Shown here piece after piece: positions 48,540 to 57,172 of a DNA stretch of 64,000 bases. Below the pieces are notes generated by a model. The model did no database searches. It worked only from the letters and a program-made list of their open reading frames with translations, and was not told the DNA's origin. How positions within the stretch are numbered: the first letter of the stretch is position 1; every line of letters starts with the position of its first letter. The stretch is taken from positions 1 through 64,000 of IMG/VR virus record IMGVR_UViG_3300013006_000020, one strand, 5' to 3'. The position numbers and the translations under genes are program-made. Source of the stretch: a virus.

Positions 48540-49558
48540 ATTACTCTTCCAATTCTAATTTCGTGTGCCAAGTCAAATACTTTATTCCATGCGTTGACAA
48601 AGTCACCTATATTATAGTTGTTTACTATTTGATTACGACAATGCGAGCCAATTTTAACTGCATATTCTTTATCGTTGCAAATTTTCACAATTTGAGCGGC
48701 CATTTGATCAAGATCATTAGTGCAAACATCATCATTTTGCATTATTTTTGGTATTTCTTGCTTGGCGCTTGAAACACATGGTGCTCCACAAGACATTGCT
48801 TCCATAAGAGACATAGGCACAGGCGAAAGTCGTGATGTGTTTATGTAGCAAGCGCACTTATTTATTGATGCCACAAGCATTTTTTCATTTGAGATTGGTT
48901 GACTTACGCCAGGATTTTCCCCAATTAAAGCAAACTTGATAGAAGGATCAATTGCTTCAACCTTTTCTTTTACAGCAGACCATTCTGTAAACCCACAGAA
49001 TTGGTCCCTTGACTCTAGACCGTTAACTATATATAGAACATATTTCACATCCCCATCAGCTGGACCAGTCCAACCGTTGAAGTCATCTGTTCTTATTCCA
49101 TGCTTTACAACAATAGAATCATTAAGGCCCCAGGACTTTTGATTATGCTCAGTGATAAATACATTTATGTCAGCTTTAAACGACCTCATATGGTCAAACT
49201 GCTCTTGTGGCCAGTTGTTTAGCTGCGGCTCTATATGCTCAAGATGAATGATTGGTATGCGAAGACTTTTTGAAATTTCCTGCGCAAATTGTATTTGACC
49301 AAATCTCTCTTGAGATAAAACAAAATCTATATCATATTCAGTGTCTGTAATGGCATTGAATATATGGGTATTTTTTGGAAGTGGCTTGTATTTCTCCTCC
49401 CAAATCTTGTTGCCACCACCACGATTAAATAAAATAAATTCATGTCCAGTCTCAGCTAGATTGGTTTGGTATGACTCGTGTGTTGGAAAAGACAATATTC
49501 TGTACTTGTCTTTCTTTGGTGCGTTTACTCGGTTTAAAATTGAAACTATTGGATTCAT
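48536..49558 (-). CDS. glycosyltransferase family 4 (GT-B)
   Basis: YINTSRLSPVPMSLMEAMSCGAPCVS. Confidence 0.85.
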   Translation of the reverse strand: MNPIVSILNRVNAPKKDKYRILSFPTHESYQTNLAETGHEFILFNRGGGNKIWEEKYKPLPKNTHIFNAITDTEYDIDFVLSQERFGQIQFAQEISKSLRIPIIHLEHIEPQLNNWPQEQFDHMRSFKADINVFITEHNQKSWGLNDSIVVKHGIRTDDFNGWTGPADGDVKYVLYIVNGLESRDQFCGFTEWSAVKEKVEAIDPSIKFALIGENPGVSQPISNEKMLVASINKCACYINTSRLSPVPMSLMEAMSCGAPCVSSAKQEIPKIMQNDDVCTNDLDQMAAQIVKICNDKEYAVKIGSHCRNQIVNNYNIGDFVNAWNKVFDLAHEIRIGRVI

Positions 49559-49560
49559 TT

Positions 49561-50667
49561 TTATCTCAGCATTGAAATTAGTTTTGGACCGACCGAAGAG
49601 TATGAGAATTTATTGTGCATATGCTTAATATTTTCAATAGCTAATTTTTTAAATTCTCCATTCATTGCTCTTCTCATTTTTACCATCATTTCTGTAAGCG
49701 AACCCTCCATCCACACACCATTGTGTGAATAAAGCCCTGGTATAATTGCATTCTTCGACATAGCAAACACAGGCTTGCTTATCATTTCTTTTACTGTTGG
49801 CTCGTAATCACTAGGGAACATTCTTCTTATTCCATTGAAGTGAGTTGCTATTACGGGCTTGCCCATAGCAGCAGCATCAAACGCTGGTATACATTCACCC
49901 TCACCACGCGAGGCTGTAACATAACAGTCACCCGTGTTATGTATTGCGCTAATGCCATCATCTGAAAGCATGTCTGTTATAAGAAATATTTTTGGATGCA
50001 GCTTGTCTGGTCTTTTAATTTCTGCTTTTATCGACTCTATAGAAGCTTTTACTGCCTCAAGAGATTCAACTGGATTTTTGCCATCAATGTATGTTTTTAC
50101 TATTAATGAGACATTGTCTCTTGATGTAAACTCTGACAAAAACGCGGCAATAGTTCCAGATACGTTTTTCCTATACGAGTAATCAGAAATGGTATAGAAC
50201 TTATACGTATCTTTGATTTCATCTGGGAGATCAAGATGACTATGCCAAGTGTCGTATTTTGAGAAATCTGCTGGTCTAGTTGTCATACCAATGGGTGTGG
50301 TTACCCTAGAATTGACAGCAGCCTCTATTTGTTCTTGGGTGGTCATCCATATCTCGTCCATTAGATTGCACGAGTATTGCCACCCAGAGTCTTTAAAGGA
50401 CGATGTCTCCCAATAAAATAGACCTACGTTCTTGACCCCTTCCACTCTAACAAATGTATTTGGGATTGTGTGTTGAATTACGACATCAACGCCATCTAGA
50501 GATCCGCCCTCTTTAATTTGATTGTCAATAAAGTTCGGTCTTTGGTTCAGACTAAACCAAATAGGAACCACATCGACACCATGAGCCTGCATGCATTTAA
50601 TAAAATCTCTAGCAGAATTTGCGTAACCAGTACCATCTCTATAAACGGATATATATGCTACTTTCAT
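49561..50667 (-). CDS. glycosyltransferase family 4 (GT-B)
   Basis: TGYANSAR, RKN, DCYVTASRGEGECIPAFDAAAMGKPVI. Confidence 0.9.
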   Translation of the reverse strand: MKVAYISVYRDGTGYANSARDFIKCMQAHGVDVVPIWFSLNQRPNFIDNQIKEGGSLDGVDVVIQHTIPNTFVRVEGVKNVGLFYWETSSFKDSGWQYSCNLMDEIWMTTQEQIEAAVNSRVTTPIGMTTRPADFSKYDTWHSHLDLPDEIKDTYKFYTISDYSYRKNVSGTIAAFLSEFTSRDNVSLIVKTYIDGKNPVESLEAVKASIESIKAEIKRPDKLHPKIFLITDMLSDDGISAIHNTGDCYVTASRGEGECIPAFDAAAMGKPVIATHFNGIRRMFPSDYEPTVKEMISKPVFAMSKNAIIPGLYSHNGVWMEGSLTEMMVKMRRAMNGEFKKLAIENIKHMHNKFSYSSVGPKLISMLR

Positions 50668-52331
50668 ATTAGCTTTGAGTTCCCTGTATTTTGGACAACA
50701 GCCTTTTTCTTTACGTTGCTAAAGTATCTGTTTTGTTCAAAATTATTTCTATCAAACACTTCTTTGTTGGCAATATTATTTAACTTTTCAAGATCTATTT
50801 CGTTACCAGTGAAAGCTGCATTTTTGTTCATTACATCAGATATAGCGGCCATCTGAAATGGCGAACCTTGCATGCAACCTTTTGTAAACGCCTCTGATGC
50901 TATGGTACAAGCCTTGAAAGCATCATATGCGCCATTGCTTTGTAAATTTATATAGTTTGAGTGTTTGGGTGTTGCAAACCATCTAAACGGGTTTTTATTT
51001 GGTATTGATGAAAATATCTCATCCCATTTTTTAGCAAACCCATCACTTGAGTGATATTTTTCAGCGGTATCACGTGCAAGCTCACGCATAAGTTCTCTTT
51101 TTTCACTACCCTCTTGTAAAAAGCTAGTCAATATTTCTTCTAGATGCTTATCATCTGGAACACCACGTATTTGGCTAGTTTCACGTACTGACTCCTGCTT
51201 CCATCCCGCCATTCTAACTTGACCGTATCCACCACCAAGCCTAGCAAGCTCATATGGCGCGGCATATTCTACGGAGACAACTGGAACGCCACAAGCCTTT
51301 GCCTCTATGATCGGTATCTCCAAAGCACCAGCTACGCTATATTGCAAATACAAATCGGCAAGATTGTAAATCTTTGCAAGCTCTTCTCTTGTTGATCCAT
51401 TTGATGTATTTGCCATAGCACAGGCTTTTGCCCTGCACTTTGGGCAATATTTTCGATCACCAGCATAGAAACCAGGGGTGGATTGTTTACAGGTTTGACA
51501 ATAGTATGTTACAATAACTCTGTTACCAATACCATATCTAATCATCTCCTTTGGTATATCAAAACCACAGTCAGGATTGCCCGTATGCAAATAAAGGTAT
51601 GTCTTATCTGCAATAGAATCTAAGCCCATGCTGTATAGATTGTCAAGGGCGTTTGCAAACGCACTCATAATGCTTGGAAACAGCTTACGAGGCTGATTTC
51701 TCATGACGGTCATAATTATATTTGCGTCTTGAGGAATTCCATACTCAGCACGGATCTTCGCTCTATCCATTGGCTTAAATGTCTCAATGTCAACACCAGG
51801 CATTGTGTCAAGGTTTGAAACATTGAGTTTGCCGCCACCATATTTACGTAAAACGTTTAAACCCCATTGAGTGTAAGAAGTAAGCAAATCAACTGTAGAA
51901 AATGTTGACATCCATTCATCACGTGGTGGCTCAGAGTCAATACAAGCAGACCATATATATGTGTAGTATGGTCTAGAAGGAGACTTTGTAATAAATTCAT
52001 CATGCCAATAATCTCGATATGAAAAAACAATATCTGGCTTAAAATGATTTACCGCACTTTCGAACCGCAGACCGCCAAATTGCGCTGTCTGATATTCACG
52101 ATGATATCGTTCCATTTCTTCTTTTTTAGAATGTGATGGAATAACAGGATATACCTTCCATGGAAGTTGATTTATCCGTGGATCATCATCAGATACATAA
52201 GACGCAAGCTCAGCCACCTCATATTTGCCGCTATTATGAAGACGAGAAAGTACATCATATGCCATAACAGAAAAGCCTGTATTTAGCAGGCTAAACTCAC
52301 TAACAAGCAAGATTCTTTTTTTATCGCTCAC
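50664..52331 (-). CDS. glycosyltransferase family 4 with inserted Zn-ribbon
   Basis: NTGFS, RNQPRK, YNLADLYL...IPIIEAKACGVPVV; CQTC...CPKC insertion. Confidence 0.9.
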   Translation of the reverse strand: MSDKKRILLVSEFSLLNTGFSVMAYDVLSRLHNSGKYEVAELASYVSDDDPRINQLPWKVYPVIPSHSKKEEMERYHREYQTAQFGGLRFESAVNHFKPDIVFSYRDYWHDEFITKSPSRPYYTYIWSACIDSEPPRDEWMSTFSTVDLLTSYTQWGLNVLRKYGGGKLNVSNLDTMPGVDIETFKPMDRAKIRAEYGIPQDANIIMTVMRNQPRKLFPSIMSAFANALDNLYSMGLDSIADKTYLYLHTGNPDCGFDIPKEMIRYGIGNRVIVTYYCQTCKQSTPGFYAGDRKYCPKCRAKACAMANTSNGSTREELAKIYNLADLYLQYSVAGALEIPIIEAKACGVPVVSVEYAAPYELARLGGGYGQVRMAGWKQESVRETSQIRGVPDDKHLEEILTSFLQEGSEKRELMRELARDTAEKYHSSDGFAKKWDEIFSSIPNKNPFRWFATPKHSNYINLQSNGAYDAFKACTIASEAFTKGCMQGSPFQMAAISDVMNKNAAFTGNEIDLEKLNNIANKEVFDRNNFEQNRYFSNVKKKAVVQNTGNSKLI

Positions 52332-52497
52332 CGGTTGTAAACCCTTTAAATTTTCCTAAGTTTTTTGCACTTGCCTTTGTTGAAAGACTAAGTTCTTTTT
52401 CAATTTCTTCAGCTAGTAAGTCAAGCTGGCCAGGGGCTTGAAGTAAACCCCTGGCCTGCAAGATCTCAAGAACCTTAAGTATCTTGATTGATGACAT
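52321..52497 (-). CDS. small hypothetical protein (58 aa, MSSIKILKVLE...)
   Basis: Read manually; TGATG coupling to ssb stop; fills gap before GT gene. Confidence 0.6.
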   Translation of the reverse strand: MSSIKILKVLEILQARGLLQAPGQLDLLAEEIEKELSLSTKASAKNLGKFKGFTTGER

Positions 52498-52928
52498 CAG
52501 AATGGGATGTCCTGTAAATCAGATTGCTTCTTATTTACCTTCGAGGAGGTCTTTTGAGAAGCTCTTGGCTCTTCCTTTTGCTCTTCACCGCCACCACCAC
52601 GACGAGATAGGAACTCAAAGTCTTCAATGCTTACGAGAATCTTACTTCTCTTTTCGCCGTCCTTGTTTTCCCAATTCTCTTGCTTGAGATGGCCCTCAAC
52701 TAGAATTGGATCTGCCTTCTTTACATATTCAGAAATGACTCCAGCTCTAGCGCCCCACATTTCGCAATCAATGTATGTGGTCTCTTCCTTCTTTTCACCA
52801 GACTTAGTGGTGTAACGACGATTAATCGCCATTCTGAAACGAACGACATTGTTGTTATCGCCAATTTCCTTAAGTTCTGGATCGCTGACTAGATTACCGA
52901 CTAAAACGACTTTGTTAAAATTTGACAT
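52497..52928 (-). CDS. ssb: single-stranded DNA-binding protein
   Basis: NKVVLVGNLVSDPEL, VEGHLKQENW, acidic DIPF C-terminus. Confidence 0.95.
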   Translation of the reverse strand: MSNFNKVVLVGNLVSDPELKEIGDNNNVVRFRMAINRRYTTKSGEKKEETTYIDCEMWGARAGVISEYVKKADPILVEGHLKQENWENKDGEKRSKILVSIEDFEFLSRRGGGGEEQKEEPRASQKTSSKVNKKQSDLQDIPF

Positions 52929-52979
52929 GTTTTTACCTGTGATATATTGTAGTTACTTACTTAAATTTTGACCATTAAA

Positions 52980-54524
52980 TCAACTGATTTCTGTTAAAGA
53001 CTCTACTGACCAACCATTTCCAGTGCCTCTTATAGTGAACTCATATTTGCCATCCTTTCTAATTTTAGCTTTATGTTTTGCGTAAGCATTTGGAAAAACA
53101 ACAATTCTAATGCTCCCGCTTGAATCCGTGATATTTATCTGACACATTTCCTGCCCAGGATTTTCACCCTTCTTTGTTACAGTAAATGTGGTATCAACAA
53201 TTGATGCTATTACTCGTTTTGTGACGCCCTTGTTATTACGTAGCATTCTGTGGCAATCTTTGCAAGTGAAATCTGATATATCTTTGTACTCGTCCACGGC
53301 GCTGCAAGTCATTGCAATTGATAATAGCTCTTGCTCGCTTGATGCCTTCCAATCAATCATATCTTTGCTGTTTTCATCGATTGCATCAGCTTCAGACTTC
53401 ACAATGGGCTTTCTCTTTTTGGTGCTAATAAGCTCAGAGCATTCAACCATTTTATCTTTTATTAGGGAGATGGAGTTATTTGGGCCATCCTTACTAATAC
53501 CGTCAATTACATGCTTGACTTCTCTTGCTGTAAGTTCGTTCAAAGCACCAATTACATCAAGCATTGTTTTGCGACCAATACCATATATATCGCAAGCACC
53601 ACTTTTAATTAATGATTCAACACCTAGAGAACGCAGCGAGTCCTTTTCCTTATAAGAAAGACACAGAAAATCAGAGAAATATTCGGGCCGTTTGTCCTTG
53701 ATTGTTTCCCAGTCCTTCTCGCCAAATTGCTTAATATGGCTAAGACCAAAAATAATAGCTCTTTTACTATCATGTTGGACTATTTTAAAATCCTTTGATG
53801 ATGAAATGACGGTTGGTGGAAGTATTGTAATACCACACAGCTTAGCCTCATTAATCATATCATGAAGTTCTTCTCTAGATCGCTGTCTCGCCTTTGAGTA
53901 TGTTAGATATGTGCAGTAGAATTCGTATGGGAAATTAGCTTTCATATACGCGGTTCGATAAGACCAAACTGCGTACTTTTTTGCGTGAGCATCATTGAAA
54001 GCATATCGCCCTGCGCTTTCAATCATTGAAAAAAGCTGTTCAGCAAGATCTTTTGACTTACCATTTTTTACGCAACCAGAAACGAACTTCTCACGAAGAT
54101 CATTAATTACTTTGTAGTCTTTTTTACCAATACCTTTACGAAGCTTATCAACAATAACCAATCGGTCAATATATGGCATATCACGCCATGCAATTTCACC
54201 ACCGAACTTCATAAGCTGCTCTTGGTAGATCAAGACGCCACTAGTTGGTTGGAGAATGCGATCAACATCTTCATCTCCAAATTTATGAGCAACATCAAGA
54301 CCATTTTTTACACGAGCATATTTCTCAGTCATTCCCGACTCAAGACATGCTGGACGAATTAAAGCAAGTACCGCACTAAGCTCGTTTATATTCTTCGGCT
54401 TGATTTTAGAAGCCCATTGCTTTCCAAGCTCGCTTTCCAATTGGAAAACACCACCTGTATTGCCAGATTGAATAAGCCTCCACGTTTTGTCGTTCTTAAA
54501 GTTTACTTCTTCTATGTTAAACAT
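52980..54524 (-). CDS. dnaE: DNA polymerase III alpha, C-terminal piece (fingers, HhH, OB)
   Basis: GVFQLES, LALIRPACL, GVLIYQEQLM, YAFNDAHA, GLSHIK, LIKSGACD, OB-fold end. Confidence 0.9.
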   Translation of the reverse strand: MFNIEEVNFKNDKTWRLIQSGNTGGVFQLESELGKQWASKIKPKNINELSAVLALIRPACLESGMTEKYARVKNGLDVAHKFGDEDVDRILQPTSGVLIYQEQLMKFGGEIAWRDMPYIDRLVIVDKLRKGIGKKDYKVINDLREKFVSGCVKNGKSKDLAEQLFSMIESAGRYAFNDAHAKKYAVWSYRTAYMKANFPYEFYCTYLTYSKARQRSREELHDMINEAKLCGITILPPTVISSSKDFKIVQHDSKRAIIFGLSHIKQFGEKDWETIKDKRPEYFSDFLCLSYKEKDSLRSLGVESLIKSGACDIYGIGRKTMLDVIGALNELTAREVKHVIDGISKDGPNNSISLIKDKMVECSELISTKKRKPIVKSEADAIDENSKDMIDWKASSEQELLSIAMTCSAVDEYKDISDFTCKDCHRMLRNNKGVTKRVIASIVDTTFTVTKKGENPGQEMCQINITDSSGSIRIVVFPNAYAKHKAKIRKDGKYEFTIRGTGNGWSVESLTEIS

Positions 54525-54531
54525 GCGTTTC

Positions 54532-55167
54532 TCAGTTTGCTATCTTGATCTTAGGACGAATTCTAAAGTTCATAAACGACATATATCGCTTAAACATCTC
54601 AGCGGTGATTTTTACATCTTCAAGTGCATCGTGTGTTTCTGCGGTTCTTTTCATACCTAATAGACCGGCATATGTATCCAGCTTATTGTTTTTAAGGTTG
54701 TCTCTACCAAATATAGAAAACATCATTGGTAGCATATCAAGTTTAATATTTGACCACGGACAGTCATTACGGCTAGTAATAATCTTGTACTTTCTCATCC
54801 AGAACTCAATAAACTTATCGTCAAAATTGCAGTTATTATAACCAACAATTATTGGATATTCCCAAGGATTTTCTGACGGGTTAGATATTGCAAGATACTC
54901 TCGAAATTTTCGAAGTGCTGTTTTTGGGTGCATGCCCTCATTTTGAGCCTTAGTCCATAGATCTTGGCCAATCACTTGTATTGCTTTGGCGTCAGCCTTT
55001 TCAGGACTTTGTGGCTGAACGGTAACGCAAAAATCTGGTATAGACTTTGAAATTTCATAATCTGAGTAGTTTAGTGTTACCGCAGCAATCTGAACTATCT
55101 CCGCACCATTTTCATAATCGAGGCCAGTTGTTTCAATATCGTAAACAACGAAGTTCCGCTTGTTCAT
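54532..55167 (-). CDS. DEDDh 3'-5' exonuclease (DnaQ-like)
   Basis: YDIETTGLD, VGYNNCNFDD, HDALEDV. Confidence 0.9.
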   Translation of the reverse strand: MNKRNFVVYDIETTGLDYENGAEIVQIAAVTLNYSDYEISKSIPDFCVTVQPQSPEKADAKAIQVIGQDLWTKAQNEGMHPKTALRKFREYLAISNPSENPWEYPIIVGYNNCNFDDKFIEFWMRKYKIITSRNDCPWSNIKLDMLPMMFSIFGRDNLKNNKLDTYAGLLGMKRTAETHDALEDVKITAEMFKRYMSFMNFRIRPKIKIAN

Positions 55168-55172
55168 ATCTC

Positions 55173-55190
55173 ATTGTAGGATTGGTGTAT
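55173..55190. promoter_or_regulatory. divergent CTACAAT (minus) / GTGTAT (plus) promoter-like pair
   Basis: ATTGTAG 55173-55179, 5 nt from ATG 55167; GTGTAT 55185-55190. Confidence 0.55.
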
Positions 55191-55200
55191 ATTACTATTG

Positions 55201-55896
55201 ATGGATCATCGCGCTAAAGTTATTAAAAAACATTTAAACGCTGTCGCAAAACAAGTTGTTGTTCCTCCACAACCTACGCGATTCGATGAGCCTAATCTGC
55301 CACTCGATACAACTCCAGGCCCTTGGTATGATCCTACGCCATCACGTTGGCAATTTTCAATGCTAGATCTGTTGCGAGCGTTTTATAATGGGGTTGACTC
55401 TTTAAGAGCATACATTCAAAAGTGGCTTATAAGCCTTGGTTTAACACCAAGCCTTGCTAGAATATTAACAATAAATCTTACTCTAACAAGCGAAACAATA
55501 TATACTATTGCTAATTGGATTTTAAGACCAGGAAGCGTAAATTTACCACGTGATCTTTTTCAAAACTTACTTAGGGAGCTTTTGTGGCAATTGCTTCCCG
55601 CTAATGTTGTAACCTCCATAGACAGCGATGTATGGGATACTTTTTATTATTTTGAAAACAGAGGCGTGTTTTTCTTTGGTGAAATTGCTGCAGCTATCAA
55701 CAGGGGTTGGACATTACAACAAATAATAAGCTGGTTAAAATTTTCAATTGAAAGAATGATGAATGATAGCGATTGGACTTTTTATTGGCCAGAAACAGTA
55801 GAAGAGGCGCAAGAGTTTATAGATTCTTACGGGGAAAATAATGATACAAACGGACCTGGTGATCTAGTGAATCCAGAACAGCCACCAGTTCCATAA
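55201..55896 (+). CDS. hypothetical helical protein with leader-like N-terminus
   Basis: MDHRAKVIKKHLNAVAKQ then Pro linker; start 55198 or 55201. Confidence 0.7.
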   Translation: MDHRAKVIKKHLNAVAKQVVVPPQPTRFDEPNLPLDTTPGPWYDPTPSRWQFSMLDLLRAFYNGVDSLRAYIQKWLISLGLTPSLARILTINLTLTSETIYTIANWILRPGSVNLPRDLFQNLLRELLWQLLPANVVTSIDSDVWDTFYYFENRGVFFFGEIAAAINRGWTLQQIISWLKFSIERMMNDSDWTFYWPETVEEAQEFIDSYGENNDTNGPGDLVNPEQPPVP

Positions 55897-55909
55897 TCAG
55901 GATATTAAA

Positions 55910-56482
55910 ATGAATAAATTTGAGCAAATATTACGCAAAAACATTCAGGCCGTTACCTTAGATACAGTTCAAAGACAAACAGATCAGGTTGAGAGATTTC
56001 CTGCTGATAAATTTCCATGCAACGTTCCAGGTACTGCAGTTCTAGATGTAAACGCTGTATGTACAGCTGTTAATCAATTAAGTTCAACTGCTGGTAATCC
56101 AGGAAATAATAAGTGCGCCAAGTTAATTAAAAAATATAACACTACGGCGTGCATTGACAGGGACTATATAAAAGCAGATACAGTCATACGTAAATGTGAT
56201 GATTACGTTAACTCCGTGGTCTCCGCGCTGTCTAACAATGCTACAGATGCAAAAAGAGCAGAAGCTAGAAGAAAAGCAAAATGCGATTGTCTAAATTTTG
56301 CCATATACGGAAGACCAGTATTAACTTCTGTTACCTTCCCAGCTGGAGTTATGAATAAGCAAATTGCGGATTTTGATAATGCGTATTGCTCTTATACATA
56401 TCTTGCAAGAGTCTGCGATGAAAGAAGGAAAGTTTCAGATGCCTTAAATGCTATTAGTCCCGTTTGTCGCTTCCCTCTATAA
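55910..56482 (+). CDS. Cys-rich hypothetical protein with leader-like N-terminus
   Basis: MNKFEQILRKNIQAV; 10 Cys; AGGA RBS. Confidence 0.7.
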   Translation: MNKFEQILRKNIQAVTLDTVQRQTDQVERFPADKFPCNVPGTAVLDVNAVCTAVNQLSSTAGNPGNNKCAKLIKKYNTTACIDRDYIKADTVIRKCDDYVNSVVSALSNNATDAKRAEARRKAKCDCLNFAIYGRPVLTSVTFPAGVMNKQIADFDNAYCSYTYLARVCDERRKVSDALNAISPVCRFPL

Positions 56483-57098
56483 TTGATTCTAGTTCCCGTG
56501 GAACTTTGTGAAACCGTCCTTTAAGGGATGGTTTTACTTTATTCATTACAGAGCGTCTTTTTTCTAGCGTATCGCCCATCCATTTTCCAGTCTTGCACAA
56601 AACCCAATACTTATATAAAGTGATTGCTGCACCTCGCTTGTATTGCTCCACATTTATTGGAAGTCTAAATTTTTTGATGGTTTTTACAGCGCGCCTTTCG
56701 CAGTCCAGCTCACAAGCTATTGTTTTTTTGGTATATACATTACGTAGTCGTTTGTTGTAATCAGCCTGCCCATTTTCTAAAAGGCTTAATTTATATGTTG
56801 CGTCTTCACCATTACGCAAAAATGTATTGGTATAAGCTGGACAACTCTCTATCCATTGAAGCATATGGCAATACTCATGAACTAAAAAACCAAGCCATTC
56901 ACTAATAGGTCTTTCGCCCCGTGCCACAACTATTGTTTTTTTATTAGAAGATTCAAGAAAATAACCACAGCAAAGTGTGTTTCCTGCTGGCTCTCTTACA
57001 TGTTTAGTATTTTTAATTTTAATTTTGACGCCGTGTTCTTTGGCGACCTTACGGACATGAGCAATAAAGGCATCTACCCTAGTTCCGTAGCTCTTCAT
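56454..57098 (-). CDS. HExxH zinc metallopeptidase-like protein
   Basis: FLVHEYCHMLQW...CELDCERRA; GTGTAT 8 nt upstream. Confidence 0.7.
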   Translation of the reverse strand: MKSYGTRVDAFIAHVRKVAKEHGVKIKIKNTKHVREPAGNTLCCGYFLESSNKKTIVVARGERPISEWLGFLVHEYCHMLQWIESCPAYTNTFLRNGEDATYKLSLLENGQADYNKRLRNVYTKKTIACELDCERRAVKTIKKFRLPINVEQYKRGAAITLYKYWVLCKTGKWMGDTLEKRRSVMNKVKPSLKGRFHKVPRELESIIEGSDKRD

Positions 57099-57172
57099 AT
57101 CCTATAATACACTTAGAAGGATCTTGTTGATCTTTAAAGTGCTTAAATCCCATTTCGTGTATATTTAATGTA

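Noticed and set aside
52428-52456. Inverted repeat GGCCAGGGG...CCCCTGGCC
   Set aside because: Lies within a small ORF and lacks a U-tract, so not called as a terminator
54400-54524. Split intein joining the DnaE pieces
   Set aside because: No Cys-initiated N-intein after the KFDILG piece and no His-Asn-Cys/Ser junction at the start of this piece
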